Of a stretch of DNA of 64,000 nt, positions 38,301 to 48,606 are shown piece by piece (position 1 is the stretch's first letter; the number at the start of each line of letters is the position of its first letter). Source of the DNA: an uncultured virus (IMG/VR IMGVR_UViG_3300007512_002491) (taxonomy: Duplodnaviria; Heunggongvirae; Uroviricota; Caudoviricetes). A program made the translations under genes and the position numbers. The stretch lies in the IMG/VR virus record IMGVR_UViG_3300007512_002491. One strand, written 5' to 3'. The notes under the pieces were generated by a model, which searched no databases, had not been told where the DNA came from, and saw nothing but the letters and a program-made list of their open reading frames with translations.

Positions 38301-40970
38301 TGGATATCCATAATAAAGATATTTATCGCTCCATTTTATATCTTGAACAGTGTTAAATGGGTCCCCAGTAAGTTTCCATTTTAATAATGGTAAAGCCTGA
38401 TCTGGGCTATTTACTGGAGAAAATTGATTGGTTGCGCCTGTTTCTGTGTCATAAAAATGGTCTGTGTAAGATTTACCTCGAAGACCGACTGGGGCGCCAC
38501 CGTATGGATTTACAGATCTCGAATCCGAATCCCAGCAATCGTTGGCGTAAACAGCAACGTTTCCGCTGCATATTAAATATCTATTGCTCGCAGAGAGCAC
38601 TCCCTGGATTGCGGTTGAAGTTTCCTTAGAAGACACAGGATTATTTCTTTCTTGTCTATATAAGAAAAACACATAATCATCTTGCGGATATGCATTTCCT
38701 GGATATCTATCTTTATTAGAGTAGGTTCGTATCCCTTCAACGGGAAGCTCTAATATTATTTTTTCAAGCATGAATGGAGCCGCTAAGTAATTAGAAGTAT
38801 CTATAACTTGCGTATCAGGAGCATAATATCTCGTGTCTTGCGGTGCACCGTATTGAACCATAGGGTGTCCAGCATATTTATTCGATGTTAAGAAAGCCGG
38901 CATTTTGATGCTTTCTGCATAAGAGCGGCTGCTAAACAAGCTATCTACATCTTTGAAACCAGGGAAAAATTGTCTTGGTATACTATCAAAACCAGCTATT
39001 GGCGGCGAACATTTTCTCCAGACTTGGCCGGGGACAGGATCCCTTTTGTAGATTGGCATAGTTGGTCCGCCAGAACCTCGGCCGTCTATGTATGACTCAG
39101 ATAGGTAGAACGTCGAGTTGTTACTTGGGTAGGATGGTGATGAAAGATCACCTGGGTCTACTGATTGCGTAAGCCAATTCCACCGATAGAATCTTTCAGC
39201 TATTAACCTAAAATGGTATATACCATTAGTTCCGTCTGCAAGGCCGTCTCCTTTGTCTGCCCACCGGCCCTGCTTCCAGTCGAAAAAACAAAATCCCGTA
39301 GTCGATGCTGTTGCAGAGTTGCCCGCGCCTTTGAAACCGTCGTAGTCCTGATCTTCTGCGCCAGCATCGTATCTTCTAAGATTTTTCGTGCTGAGGTTCG
39401 TAAACGGAATAGATACGATTCTTCGATCTGTTCTTGGCGCATCAAGACTAGCACTAAAAGTTAACCCTATTTTAGAATCTTTCGTCCAAACCTGGTTCCA
39501 CTTATCAAACGTTACTGCAGAATCTACAAACGGCTCATACGGAGCTGGGGTTTTAGAAGTATTCCAACTATACCCTCTTCCGTAAGATGGAAATATAAAG
39601 CCACTCGGCCTAGAATTGTTAAGATACGAATATCGCCGATCGGAATTATCTCCATAATTAATTGCTGTAAAATCTGCCCTGTTAATAGTTTCATCACTCC
39701 AAATACCGGAGCCAGTCGAAACATTGTGCGAAGCAGAGAACGCAGATCCCAAAGAAGCAGAAACATAAATGTCTGGTGGAAGTGAAGGAGAGGCCACTGA
39801 AGCAGTTATTAGATGATTTAATATAACATTTTCTGCCACACCTGAATATATGTGAGAAAAACTTGTGACGGGAACTTTGGCAGAATAGTTTATGAATATT
39901 TCGCTACCAAACTCTCTAGATATAGTGTCATCAAAAAATGAGCTAGTATTTAACAAGCGGATGTCTTGTGCCACTGAAATATTTAATGGGTTAACAATAG
40001 CATTGTTGGAAACGTTTTGAATTTGCACTCTTGGCGGCAAACTTACTACACCGCTCCCAACAAACATTATAGCAGCTTCATAGAGAGACTTTATTTCAAC
40101 AGCTCCAAGAACTTTCGACCAGATAGCTGTTTCATGAATTTCTAAAGTAGAAAAATTAGCTAATAATCCAGTGTCGCTTGGCCCTTTGGCAAATATTAAA
40201 TCTGTAGATAAATTAGCTATAGTAAAATTACCAGCAAGTTTATTTCCAGATGTGCCGTCACCGCCTGTTGCGTTGGAGCCGTCAGCGACTTTCTCTCCGT
40301 TAATGTAAATACTGGTGTGAGAAGAAATAAAATCGTCTGCGCTAACACCATTAGTTAAACTATTTGAAATGTTTACTGCAAAATGAAACCATTTACCGCC
40401 CATTATAGCTTTAGAATTTTTAAAACTTTGAATTACTCTAGTTGGTAAAACCAGCGTAGTTGTTGAGCCGTTTGAATCGACACCAGATATAGAAAAAGAA
40501 AATTTGCTTATTGATGGTCTATAAGTAAACTTTAAAGCTCCTGTAACGTTTTCACTATAAGTAGATCCAGCCGTAACACTCGTAAATATGCTGAGCGTGG
40601 CATCACCGTCTCCGTCTAAAGATGGCATTCTGGCCCAGCCAGCTATAGTAACAGGCGCTTGGTTAGAACTTAGTCCAGTCGCTGAATAAACTAATCTAAC
40701 ACTTTGTTTTCTAAGTTTTTTAAAAGAAAATGATCTTAGATCAGTTTTTCCTACGTAGGGCGATCCATACACTGACTCAGTAATAGGATCAACTGACGAT
40801 TCATAAGTCAACGCAGCATAGCTGCTGCCCTTAGCTATATTTTCAATAGTTCCAGTATTAGAATCATATTGACCAAAAACATAATGCGCTAAAAGAGATG
40901 CACCGCTACGATAATTTCGAAAATTTTGATTAAGATCAGGAATTTCTGATCTTCTAAAATCCCTTTTCAT
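35370..40970 (-). CDS. Very large (1866 aa) putative virion/baseplate-associated protein with an N-terminal LamG-like domain
   Basis: VTIAGWAR...GKWFHFAVN...IYINGE...IHETAIWSKVLGAVEIKSLY is a LamG pattern. Lies in the structural block. Confidence 0.6.
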   Translation of the reverse strand: MKRDFRRSEIPDLNQNFRNYRSGASLLAHYVFGQYDSNTGTIENIAKGSSYAALTYESSVDPITESVYGSPYVGKTDLRSFSFKKLRKQSVRLVYSATGLSSNQAPVTIAGWARMPSLDGDGDATLSIFTSVTAGSTYSENVTGALKFTYRPSISKFSFSISGVDSNGSTTTLVLPTRVIQSFKNSKAIMGGKWFHFAVNISNSLTNGVSADDFISSHTSIYINGEKVADGSNATGGDGTSGNKLAGNFTIANLSTDLIFAKGPSDTGLLANFSTLEIHETAIWSKVLGAVEIKSLYEAAIMFVGSGVVSLPPRVQIQNVSNNAIVNPLNISVAQDIRLLNTSSFFDDTISREFGSEIFINYSAKVPVTSFSHIYSGVAENVILNHLITASVASPSLPPDIYVSASLGSAFSASHNVSTGSGIWSDETINRADFTAINYGDNSDRRYSYLNNSRPSGFIFPSYGRGYSWNTSKTPAPYEPFVDSAVTFDKWNQVWTKDSKIGLTFSASLDAPRTDRRIVSIPFTNLSTKNLRRYDAGAEDQDYDGFKGAGNSATASTTGFCFFDWKQGRWADKGDGLADGTNGIYHFRLIAERFYRWNWLTQSVDPGDLSSPSYPSNNSTFYLSESYIDGRGSGGPTMPIYKRDPVPGQVWRKCSPPIAGFDSIPRQFFPGFKDVDSLFSSRSYAESIKMPAFLTSNKYAGHPMVQYGAPQDTRYYAPDTQVIDTSNYLAAPFMLEKIILELPVEGIRTYSNKDRYPGNAYPQDDYVFFLYRQERNNPVSSKETSTAIQGVLSASNRYLICSGNVAVYANDCWDSDSRSVNPYGGAPVGLRGKSYTDHFYDTETGATNQFSPVNSPDQALPLLKWKLTGDPFNTVQDIKWSDKYLYYGYPSAFAGSTPAKEVTTGETNVVISMTPAVAPKRRYGRFWEHTQVLKVYSGNYEQLSKYGRLYYPGGGGTYRIPVNNQTAIRDSEGLNINKSFLFASSAISARNPNANIMTMPTDISSSLNYNWCAPVWSVPGGATYPQGTLGPQPVNDSGAPSGYNVSANGNFQFKHFDITKDPTFAPKSDPTSKKWVTVIPGEVPPDFNRGMPVFCTWLGGTSTVGFHQINEGIREPSLVKTYLTKKSAASATPWYGQRFPYSKPPVTLTPLGVITASNETYFNYSNEPFSAVPNRHPNAFFEINQLNEVNTKRYFSAEVNDPRTVNHSFSHRYTPYRETVSSSFFSGSIGVDDFYATARDFDIVWNSTRLKFDPPPAASSTETGYLLFPGDELILGVEAAIAAPSYYCSGSITCITGSYLKLLPGDCKITLVGSYVKDKKRVLNNSAQQLLNANASFAIGMDIVTDQFEIESRDSYTGNFLSQEMSGAVVTPVAKSPIQPSTIAVHLPPYGAYLNGRTVLEWPGMENFRNYRKVVSETLYENMGDTYAFNRFVKLSQSGSLFYDSLVPNVQDLWASYTPFQIGYNPSTVTPVLGMTLSPGPDGIIDTRHKLSAFGTISRAWLQALWPGAKGSADVMNPRQSEIFLEAYNENWNNSFPYEPKYTRKMKTADGEVLTILPTRNSEQKFVGVANAHDGNGPSLSLQRGMVGIVTPLKMTNVNNLLPDPASPRAGVDQVNFLDSPGLIMCSPKKKSKGSIPYVAGTTAAGSPPDINAFRNAYLAPNHKFWYRSDDSKMLLKYLYGIETGNDFFATRTYTSGAALQDSREYMMGASTGIIRCPYAPSPRTYPYYHQKFMTTKPRGWKYGVMNALPIAPSAIFRGNRFGQFRDMLEQRRDSVVFNVGGESVDFSTLPVVVTFKEPSWKTNLTDPGGEVSVSPEETHSSNLSLYATSSVPYFDDPKQAQYPTGRNRSSVCDFRDYVEVTTDTE

Positions 40971-43573
40971 TTTTTATAACCTCCATAAGCTATAGAATCA
41001 TATCCAAATGGAGTGTTTTCATAAACTATGCCTCTTGGTGTAGATCTCTCTGTGTCAGAAAATGGGTCCATCGGTCGACGATTGGACGTGAACCGTTGTA
41101 TTCTTTGATTGTACCCTCGCTGATCCCAGACGGCTGGGGTCCCAGGATGCCCTGTAGAACCAAACCTGATGATAGCACCATCTGAAGCGCGCGCTACGCC
41201 AGCTTCATCTGGAATAGCCCCGGCATATTTATCGGTGCGGATCGTCGCAACGGAACTAGATACTGCTAATATCACTTGAAGTTCTCTATCACTAGTTCTA
41301 AGAAGCGTTTCGTAATTTTCAACATTTGTTTCAATTTCTATAAATGGGTCTGGATTTTCAGACAAGTCTAACAAATTAAGGTAAATAGAGTAGTCATTAT
41401 AAGATCCGCCTGTAGATTCTCGACATGGTATGCTAGACCAAGACCATTGATCGAATCCTTGGACGACTTCATTAAAGTCTCTAAGGGTGAAACTACTCGG
41501 CCAAGAAACAGGGGTAGATGTGCCTGAAGATACAGACCCAGAAATTGCATTTATAATTACTGTTGGTGGATTTTCGGCACAAGAAGCAGAAAGATACGAT
41601 CCCATAGTTCCCGAATTAATAGCAAAAGTAATTTCGCGAGCGATATCAATTTTTGCTTTCGGTCGAATACTAAATTGGCCCAGCGAATAGTCTGGGTCTG
41701 TGGTGGCGTCTATATGCGGTGTTATACTGCCCATCAGGCTAAATGAGTAACTTCCGCCAGCACCGCTTATTCGTTCTAGATGAATAGCCGAGACTTCTTC
41801 GAGAATTGGATCGTAAGTCAACATATCGCCAGTGTCGGGATCCCTAAACGTGTTAGTTATCGTCATCCTGTACTGCTTAGGAATAGACTCAACATATTTT
41901 TCTACCGGGAACGAAAGACCGTATATGTTTGCCCCCTTGTCTATAAATTCAAAAGGAGTAATTTTTATATCGTTTACTATATCATAATTTTCGCTTATTG
42001 GAACTGTCAAACCTAAATGAGTAAGCTGTCTTTCTGTAGAGCTTACTGACCCTTTAAGAGTGTTTGAAATTGGATCATAGAAATCGCCAACAAAAGTATG
42101 CAGGCCCGTTATTTCTTTTCTTATGTCCAAAGGCTCTATTATTCCATTCCAATAGAATTTATTTTTTATATCATATCGACTGCCCGGTATTTGAGCTATA
42201 TCATAATCGTAATGAAAGAATTTTAATCCCTCTGTATAAAAATAAGATGGTGAACCTTCGGTGCCATAGTTTAACTCTGCGCCAGAAATAAATTGACTGA
42301 CAAGATAAAGTTTTCCAGGATGCTCTACATTTACTGCTTTATTAAATTTCGTCCTCAGGAAAGCTTCCTTCTCGGCAAAGGGATGTTTAGAGCTAGCTAC
42401 CCCAGCAGAATAATTGTCCGATTTTTTAGCGAACATTTGAGAAGCTCTTACAGAAACAGCGCCCTTTTCAGATCCAGATCCCACACTCGTAAATAAGCCT
42501 CCTCCGTCCGACAAACCACGGCCGAGGAGAGAAACTTTTTCTACGAATGGTTCATAAGTTTCTGGTTGATCGTACCCAAAATTTGCAATTTCTAAATTAT
42601 ACTGTGGCAAAAAGGTTAGAGAGCCTTCAGTTTCTGAAAAGGAAGCGATCCCTACTTCGGAGGCAAATGATGCTTCGGCCGTGCCAGCAGGTACAGAAGT
42701 TACTCTTATTGCATCTTCTGGAAAAGAAGAAGTAATGCCAATTGTAATGCTGCCTGATGCTGCGGATACTCTTACTACATTTCTTAAGCCGTTTGGTGCA
42801 TATTCAACATTTAAAGGTAATCCAGACCAGCGACTGGCCATTTCGAAAACCGGACCATTATTCCATCCACTAGAATAGCCTGGTATACCATAGCCATCCC
42901 TGCCATAATACACGGCTCCCGACAGCACAGTCCATAAATCTTGCGCCACATGTTGTGAGCCTGTAACTGTTGTTCCATCACTTCCAGTTATGCAAAATAC
43001 CGGTGTTCCTATGGTGTACCTATGTGCATCACCGAACCCCGCGTCCGTCCCAGTTTCGCTTCCATACACCCCAAACATGCCGTCATTAACTGTATATGCA
43101 CTAGAGTCATTAGTCCATCTTTGTACTCCATCGATTTCTGTTCCACCAGATCCAGTTCCGTGAGTCATTTCTTCTGCTCCACCAGAAGAAAGATTTGAAT
43201 TATCCCAAACCTGAATTTCAATAAATGGAGAGCCGGTCTGCGTCCATGAAGCGGTTAATACTTCGATCGTGACATAAGAATTAGTTGCTGGGCCCGAGCC
43301 TTTTTCTACAGTAACTCCCTGTTGCGAATAGAGAGAATCATCGAAATACCCAGGCATAGATTGGTTTATTATCTTGTAACCAGAGCCTCCAGCGGGTAAA
43401 TTATGGCCTCTAGTAGAACTTGAAACCACTGTCTTGAGAGACACTATTTTAGATCTAGAGTTTCTACCCACGGTCCCGATGAGTCGTTGAGAGAAAATGT
43501 TAAAAGTCTTTACATTTAATCCTTGGACGAATGGGTAAGACGCTGTTAGTGGCGGATATACAGTACTAGCCAT
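40967..43573 (-). CDS. Large hypothetical virion protein (868 aa)
   Basis: Long ORF coupled to both neighbours, S/T/G-rich, no recognisable family motif. Confidence 0.55.
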   Translation of the reverse strand: MASTVYPPLTASYPFVQGLNVKTFNIFSQRLIGTVGRNSRSKIVSLKTVVSSSTRGHNLPAGGSGYKIINQSMPGYFDDSLYSQQGVTVEKGSGPATNSYVTIEVLTASWTQTGSPFIEIQVWDNSNLSSGGAEEMTHGTGSGGTEIDGVQRWTNDSSAYTVNDGMFGVYGSETGTDAGFGDAHRYTIGTPVFCITGSDGTTVTGSQHVAQDLWTVLSGAVYYGRDGYGIPGYSSGWNNGPVFEMASRWSGLPLNVEYAPNGLRNVVRVSAASGSITIGITSSFPEDAIRVTSVPAGTAEASFASEVGIASFSETEGSLTFLPQYNLEIANFGYDQPETYEPFVEKVSLLGRGLSDGGGLFTSVGSGSEKGAVSVRASQMFAKKSDNYSAGVASSKHPFAEKEAFLRTKFNKAVNVEHPGKLYLVSQFISGAELNYGTEGSPSYFYTEGLKFFHYDYDIAQIPGSRYDIKNKFYWNGIIEPLDIRKEITGLHTFVGDFYDPISNTLKGSVSSTERQLTHLGLTVPISENYDIVNDIKITPFEFIDKGANIYGLSFPVEKYVESIPKQYRMTITNTFRDPDTGDMLTYDPILEEVSAIHLERISGAGGSYSFSLMGSITPHIDATTDPDYSLGQFSIRPKAKIDIAREITFAINSGTMGSYLSASCAENPPTVIINAISGSVSSGTSTPVSWPSSFTLRDFNEVVQGFDQWSWSSIPCRESTGGSYNDYSIYLNLLDLSENPDPFIEIETNVENYETLLRTSDRELQVILAVSSSVATIRTDKYAGAIPDEAGVARASDGAIIRFGSTGHPGTPAVWDQRGYNQRIQRFTSNRRPMDPFSDTERSTPRGIVYENTPFGYDSIAYGGYKK

Positions 43574-46500
43574 TACATCTTCCTCAAGTTTATCACAATT
43601 TGTCTAAGCAGCAAATCAGTCTGTAGCTGTCTTCTATCTTCTTCTCCGAGATATACGGCAGCTTGAGATGCATAGCACATCTTATTTCTTTCTAGCATAT
43701 GAGACTCTATTACAAAGTTAATGCCGAGGAAATTAGTGTGGCGTGGTACTAGCCTTTCAATCATGATTGAAAGAGAATCATCAAACCATTTAAAGAATTC
43801 AAACAGTTGTTTGAAACTCATTTTTTTATCTAGCCTATTAAAATATATCCTTCGCATTTTTTCTAACTCGGGATAAGATACAGCAAACTGAAGCTCTGGA
43901 CTTCCGATAGCATTATTAAAAAAGTCTAATGAAGACATAATGAGAACAATGTCTTCATTTAAAGCTCGAACAGCGGAAACTTCAATACTAAACCTGGTAT
44001 CGTCGAATGCCGCGTTCTCAGCTCTGACTTTACTCACAGGAGCTTTCATGGCGTTAAACTGCTCTATGTTTATGTCTTTCTTAAAGCCTTGGACTCTTAT
44101 CTTGTTTTCTGCAGATCTTTCGTCCCACTTAGGGTCTAAAGTTGAAAATTGAAAATATCTCGGATGAATCACTCTAACAGAAGGCTCAAACTGTGTTCCT
44201 GAGAGGTGCATCTTGTTTTGGCTAAAATCAAAAATAGCAATTTCTCCAGTCGGTCCTGATCTCGTAACTATTTGATCGATGCCCGCATCTATTCTTAACC
44301 TTTCAAATGCACCCGAAACCACTGTATCAAAGTTGAAATTTACTAATGGATTTTCGACGCCCAAAGACTTAAAGTTTCTTAAGTGCTCTTTTGTTTCGTT
44401 GTGCGTCAAAGCTTTAGTCCAAAACCTTATTCTTGCCGTTTCACCAGCAGTAACTGAAGTTCTTGCTAGATTGTTACCAACTTTTGAAGTTGAATTTAGA
44501 AATCTATCGCCAGAAGTATTGCTAAAAGAAGAAGAGCCAACTACGAAAAAACATCCAGAAGAATTATAATCTTCTGAGTATGTGCTAAAAACATCATGGA
44601 TTGGCGCATCAGCTTTCCAATATGAAGATGTGTAATGATATTCTTCTATCGTTCCGCCACTCTGTCTACCAGCCCTAACAAAATAAGAAGCGGAAGTATA
44701 TGAACCAGTAGAAGTTCCTATATCTCTTCCTGCTGAAACATGCCACTTGTTTCCATCAAATAAATTAACTCCGTGAACGTATAAGTGAAGTAATGGAGAA
44801 TCTGCATTTCTTCCTGAGCGAACAAATAAATTTATTGACCCTGATTCATAAAGACCAGATCCAGTACCACAAGCCACTAAATTCATGATACAGCCCTCGT
44901 TTGCAGTAGAGACATGAGCTCCGGTTGTATACATTCTCATCAAGCTTTGAGTGGGCGGTGTTGTAGATCTATTTAAGTTAGAAAATGAATATATTCCTTC
45001 ATAAGTCCAAGACGCAGTAGTAAACAATCCATCACTTCTAGCGTTAGAAACTCCGTGGATTCCATAAGTTTTAATATCTGCGGCTGTTTTCATGAACGTC
45101 CCTTGCGGAGTTGGCCAGCCAACAGTATTTCTCGAACCGCTCAAAAATGGAGATTTAATAGAAGAAAAAGATCCAGTTAAACTGAGCATCTTTGAGACTT
45201 GCGTTAATTTTCTTCTAGAGTCAGCGGTAGTTACAGTCTTAGATCCTCCGAACTCCCTAAATCTAAAATTACTTTCTGGATTTATGCCAGAAGCACGCAT
45301 CAAGGCTTTTATACCATGCATTGTCCCCTTGGATCTAATAACGTGATTGAGGTTTGTGAGCATCCTACGCCATATTTCATCCTGAATTCTTCTCAGTGTT
45401 TTTTGAGAAAGAGATGGCTCATAATTAAGATTTTTACCAAAGTGAAACTGAGCTATATTAGCATTGGCAAAATTAGTAGGAAGATCGAACCCATAATGGT
45501 TAGCAAAAAACAGCAACATTTGATCTGAAATTGTGCCTTCGCTATCGTAATCCATTTTAAGCAAGTCACCAAATTGATCTATATAAACTTTTATTTCATC
45601 GAAAAATTTTGCCCAAGTAAAAAGTAAAGATGCAATAATTTGCGGTGATCCCATCTTGCCGCCACCTGGAAAATCTTTCGTATAAGAATATGCGTCGCCT
45701 CTACCAGCATATTCGTCATCGTAGCCTTCTGTTGTTGAAGCTTCTAATAAATAATGTGCTGGTATTAACTTAGTGATTAAGTTTGGGTTATTAGCATCAT
45801 ATAAACTTGCAGAATATAATAAGTCAACATTAAGAGCTACGACATCGGGTTGTGCCGGGAATAAAACTGGGTTTTTTGACTCGTATTCGTATAATACAGG
45901 CCGAGTTAGATCACGTAAGTCCCGAAGCGTATAATCAAAATTTTCTATTCTAGAATGAAGAGAATTTCCTGACGCATCGAGGACTATATTGTTGTTTGGA
46001 TAAGAACCAGTAGCTTCATTAAACTTAAAATAAGCCTTTAGCTGCGGCGATGGCTGTACGCTAGCGCTCATTTCGGTCTTAATCTGTTTTTGAGTTCTTA
46101 GCCCTTGGAATATTTTTACTTCGTCTAAGGAACCAGAAAAAGTTTGGTTTGGCCAAAAGCCGATCGAGAGATGCTTAGACCCAGAACCAATCAATAGATC
46201 GCTAGCGCCGCCCGCAAAAGATCCCATCGCTGCGGAGTTTGAAGATGAAGCTACTAAATTACCAGAAAGATATATTCTCATCTGTGGTATGTCAGTCGTA
46301 TTTCTATCATAAACACACGCGATGTGTCTCCACCCACCCCGAGGGATGCGTGCAGTAACTGTTTGAGATGTTGATCCGCTTGATATTCCGAACTTCAGCT
46401 GTGTATTCTTTAAATGGGCGCTAGGCGATAAGCCGATAGTGTATCCACCGACCGAGGCCACCCCATTGGGATCATTTATTTTTTGAAATACAACTTGCCT

Positions 46501-47064
46501 GCCATTGGCTTCATTCGGAACATGAATATAAAACTCTATTGAAAAGCTTTTTGTTCCGGGGTCTAAAACAGTTGCGGCGTCTCTTCTCGTAGAAAGCGAA
46601 GGATAAAGAATACCCGCGGTATCTTTTATTCTGATGTAGCTTCCCTCTGTTGGGGGTCCGTCATCAGACCCCGAAAAGAAAAGCCACCCCAGATGCTTTG
46701 GCCATTTATCAAATACCCATTTTTCAAATCCCGTGAGATTTTCCATAAAAAGATCAATGTCGCCCTGTTTTCCATCGAATGGAAAGTAGTTAATAACTGT
46801 ATCAAAAGTAACGTTTACTTTTGACTCGGCTGAATTAAAAAATGTGTGATTAACAAAATCAGACCAATCTAAAGGTATTTGTTGCGTGCTTTTTAAAGGT
46901 GCGCCAGGAGCATCAAACTCAAATGAATCTCCGCCAATTAAAGACCCAGATAAATCCCCAGTGTCTTTCTTTAGAACTGTTGGATCTTCTTCTGTTATTT
47001 TTGTTACAAGCCGAGGAGAAAAAAGACCTCCCCTAGTGAAAAAGCTTGTGGGGCGTTTTGCCAT
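43573..47064 (-). CDS. Baseplate wedge-associated protein (gp7 / P2 gpI-like segment) with LamG domains
   Basis: LLFFANHYGFDL...EIWRRMLTNLNHVIRSKGTMHGIKALM resembles the KGT motif of wedge proteins. LamG motifs WRHIACVYD, FSGSLDEVKIF and KWHVSAGR. Confidence 0.6.
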   Translation of the reverse strand: MAKRPTSFFTRGGLFSPRLVTKITEEDPTVLKKDTGDLSGSLIGGDSFEFDAPGAPLKSTQQIPLDWSDFVNHTFFNSAESKVNVTFDTVINYFPFDGKQGDIDLFMENLTGFEKWVFDKWPKHLGWLFFSGSDDGPPTEGSYIRIKDTAGILYPSLSTRRDAATVLDPGTKSFSIEFYIHVPNEANGRQVVFQKINDPNGVASVGGYTIGLSPSAHLKNTQLKFGISSGSTSQTVTARIPRGGWRHIACVYDRNTTDIPQMRIYLSGNLVASSSNSAAMGSFAGGASDLLIGSGSKHLSIGFWPNQTFSGSLDEVKIFQGLRTQKQIKTEMSASVQPSPQLKAYFKFNEATGSYPNNNIVLDASGNSLHSRIENFDYTLRDLRDLTRPVLYEYESKNPVLFPAQPDVVALNVDLLYSASLYDANNPNLITKLIPAHYLLEASTTEGYDDEYAGRGDAYSYTKDFPGGGKMGSPQIIASLLFTWAKFFDEIKVYIDQFGDLLKMDYDSEGTISDQMLLFFANHYGFDLPTNFANANIAQFHFGKNLNYEPSLSQKTLRRIQDEIWRRMLTNLNHVIRSKGTMHGIKALMRASGINPESNFRFREFGGSKTVTTADSRRKLTQVSKMLSLTGSFSSIKSPFLSGSRNTVGWPTPQGTFMKTAADIKTYGIHGVSNARSDGLFTTASWTYEGIYSFSNLNRSTTPPTQSLMRMYTTGAHVSTANEGCIMNLVACGTGSGLYESGSINLFVRSGRNADSPLLHLYVHGVNLFDGNKWHVSAGRDIGTSTGSYTSASYFVRAGRQSGGTIEEYHYTSSYWKADAPIHDVFSTYSEDYNSSGCFFVVGSSSFSNTSGDRFLNSTSKVGNNLARTSVTAGETARIRFWTKALTHNETKEHLRNFKSLGVENPLVNFNFDTVVSGAFERLRIDAGIDQIVTRSGPTGEIAIFDFSQNKMHLSGTQFEPSVRVIHPRYFQFSTLDPKWDERSAENKIRVQGFKKDINIEQFNAMKAPVSKVRAENAAFDDTRFSIEVSAVRALNEDIVLIMSSLDFFNNAIGSPELQFAVSYPELEKMRRIYFNRLDKKMSFKQLFEFFKWFDDSLSIMIERLVPRHTNFLGINFVIESHMLERNKMCYASQAAVYLGEEDRRQLQTDLLLRQIVINLRKM

Positions 47065-48599
47065 TAGTTCACCTTAAAGCTTGGGCTCGCTGCTTCATAT
47101 ATTCTATTTTGATCAAAGTCTTTTACTAACAAATCTATTACGTATACATGGCCGCGTGGGAGCGATTCACAACGGAGCTCAAAACTTAATCCTCCGCTAT
47201 TAGAAGAAAGTTTAGTGCCTCCGGTAGATGAATCAAAAGGAATAACTGTTTTACCAGTACTCTGATTTCTTATCCTATAATAAACTTGCGATAAAATTAT
47301 ACTCTTTCTAGAATACGGAAGTTTACTAGCTTTATCTTTTATTTCAAAATTTCTTATAAAAATATTGAGCTTAGCTACATCTAAAGAGTTATAAGATTTT
47401 TCCATATTGGTAAAGTGGAAAAATAAATCAGCTGGAGCATAATTGTAAGATGTTCTATAGGGTAGCTTTACTTCTAAGCTGCCTGTATAATACCCAACTG
47501 TTCCGTCTATCGATGTCCAATATTCGTCAAATTCAACAGAGCCGCTCTTGTACGCGAGGTCTAATAATCTTTGAGTAGTGTTAACTTTTGTAGCTTCGTT
47601 TAAAGAAACAGCGAAAGAAGCAGAATATAAACCCTTAGCTCCAGTGCTAGAAGTGCCATCTGTATGTTGAGATCCGGTAAAATAAAGAGCTAGATCTTGT
47701 TTTTCTAACCTAAGCATTATGCAGTTATTGCCAGAAAGCTCGGAAGCAGCAGTTCCAGATAAGATATTAGCAGGAGTTCCCCGGTGAAAATTATTTAAAA
47801 ATATAGATCCACTCACGTCAAAAATAAAGTCTTCGTGGTGGTCGATAATACTGTCATCATAGCTAATATGAAGCTGTGGAGCTTTAAATGGATCTGACAC
47901 GTGTCTTGATCCAAACCTCTTAACAAATCTAGTTTTCGTATCCGTTTCTTGAGAGCCACTAAAAGAAATCCTGAGCCCCATATTCGGTATTTGATCGCTC
48001 AATACACCAGAAACTATAGTAGTAATATCAATATCTAAATCTTCGCTGCCTTTTTTGAAAAGCTGAACTTTTCCAAGGTCTACTACTCCAGAGCCCAAAG
48101 ACCCAGAAGAAATATAGTCTATATCAGTAGATCCAAGTAGGCCACCGTGGTTAGCGCCCGTAACTTCCCAAACATTGGCTGAGCTATTAGAATAAGAGGC
48201 GGTTATCCAATTAGCAACATCTATGTCTTGAAATGCTGCTACATCTCTTCCGACACCCTCGTCGAAAGATTTTGAAAGTGGATACACTATCGCTTTAAAG
48301 TTTTTTGGCACCCCTTGTCCAGCGTAAACGTCGAACAGTCTAAGTCTAGCCCTAAATGTATTAGAATTTACGTCTAATTTAGAAGCTGTCAAGCTTTGAA
48401 TGGTGTCGAAATTAAACTTTAAAAGAATTCTAGAAAGCTCAATAGGGTAATTTGATCCAGAAAGAGAAGACTCGTTGTATAGCTTAAAAAGGTCTAAGGT
48501 TCCGGCTCTTCCAACATTCGCATCAGTAGCTCTAAACTTATTGTCTATTATTTTATTAGTAATATAAGTGCTTTTGCTAGCTGTCAAAATTAAATACAT
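47064..48599 (-). CDS. Virion protein with a DNRLRE/CBM96-like domain
   Basis: ASKSTYI...SRILLKFNF...ARLRLF...VYPLSKSFDEG...NMGLRI...PQLHISY pattern. Confidence 0.55.
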   Translation of the reverse strand: MYLILTASKSTYITNKIIDNKFRATDANVGRAGTLDLFKLYNESSLSGSNYPIELSRILLKFNFDTIQSLTASKLDVNSNTFRARLRLFDVYAGQGVPKNFKAIVYPLSKSFDEGVGRDVAAFQDIDVANWITASYSNSSANVWEVTGANHGGLLGSTDIDYISSGSLGSGVVDLGKVQLFKKGSEDLDIDITTIVSGVLSDQIPNMGLRISFSGSQETDTKTRFVKRFGSRHVSDPFKAPQLHISYDDSIIDHHEDFIFDVSGSIFLNNFHRGTPANILSGTAASELSGNNCIMLRLEKQDLALYFTGSQHTDGTSSTGAKGLYSASFAVSLNEATKVNTTQRLLDLAYKSGSVEFDEYWTSIDGTVGYYTGSLEVKLPYRTSYNYAPADLFFHFTNMEKSYNSLDVAKLNIFIRNFEIKDKASKLPYSRKSIILSQVYYRIRNQSTGKTVIPFDSSTGGTKLSSNSGGLSFELRCESLPRGHVYVIDLLVKDFDQNRIYEAASPSFKVN

Positions 48600-48606
48600 T
48601 TTATTC

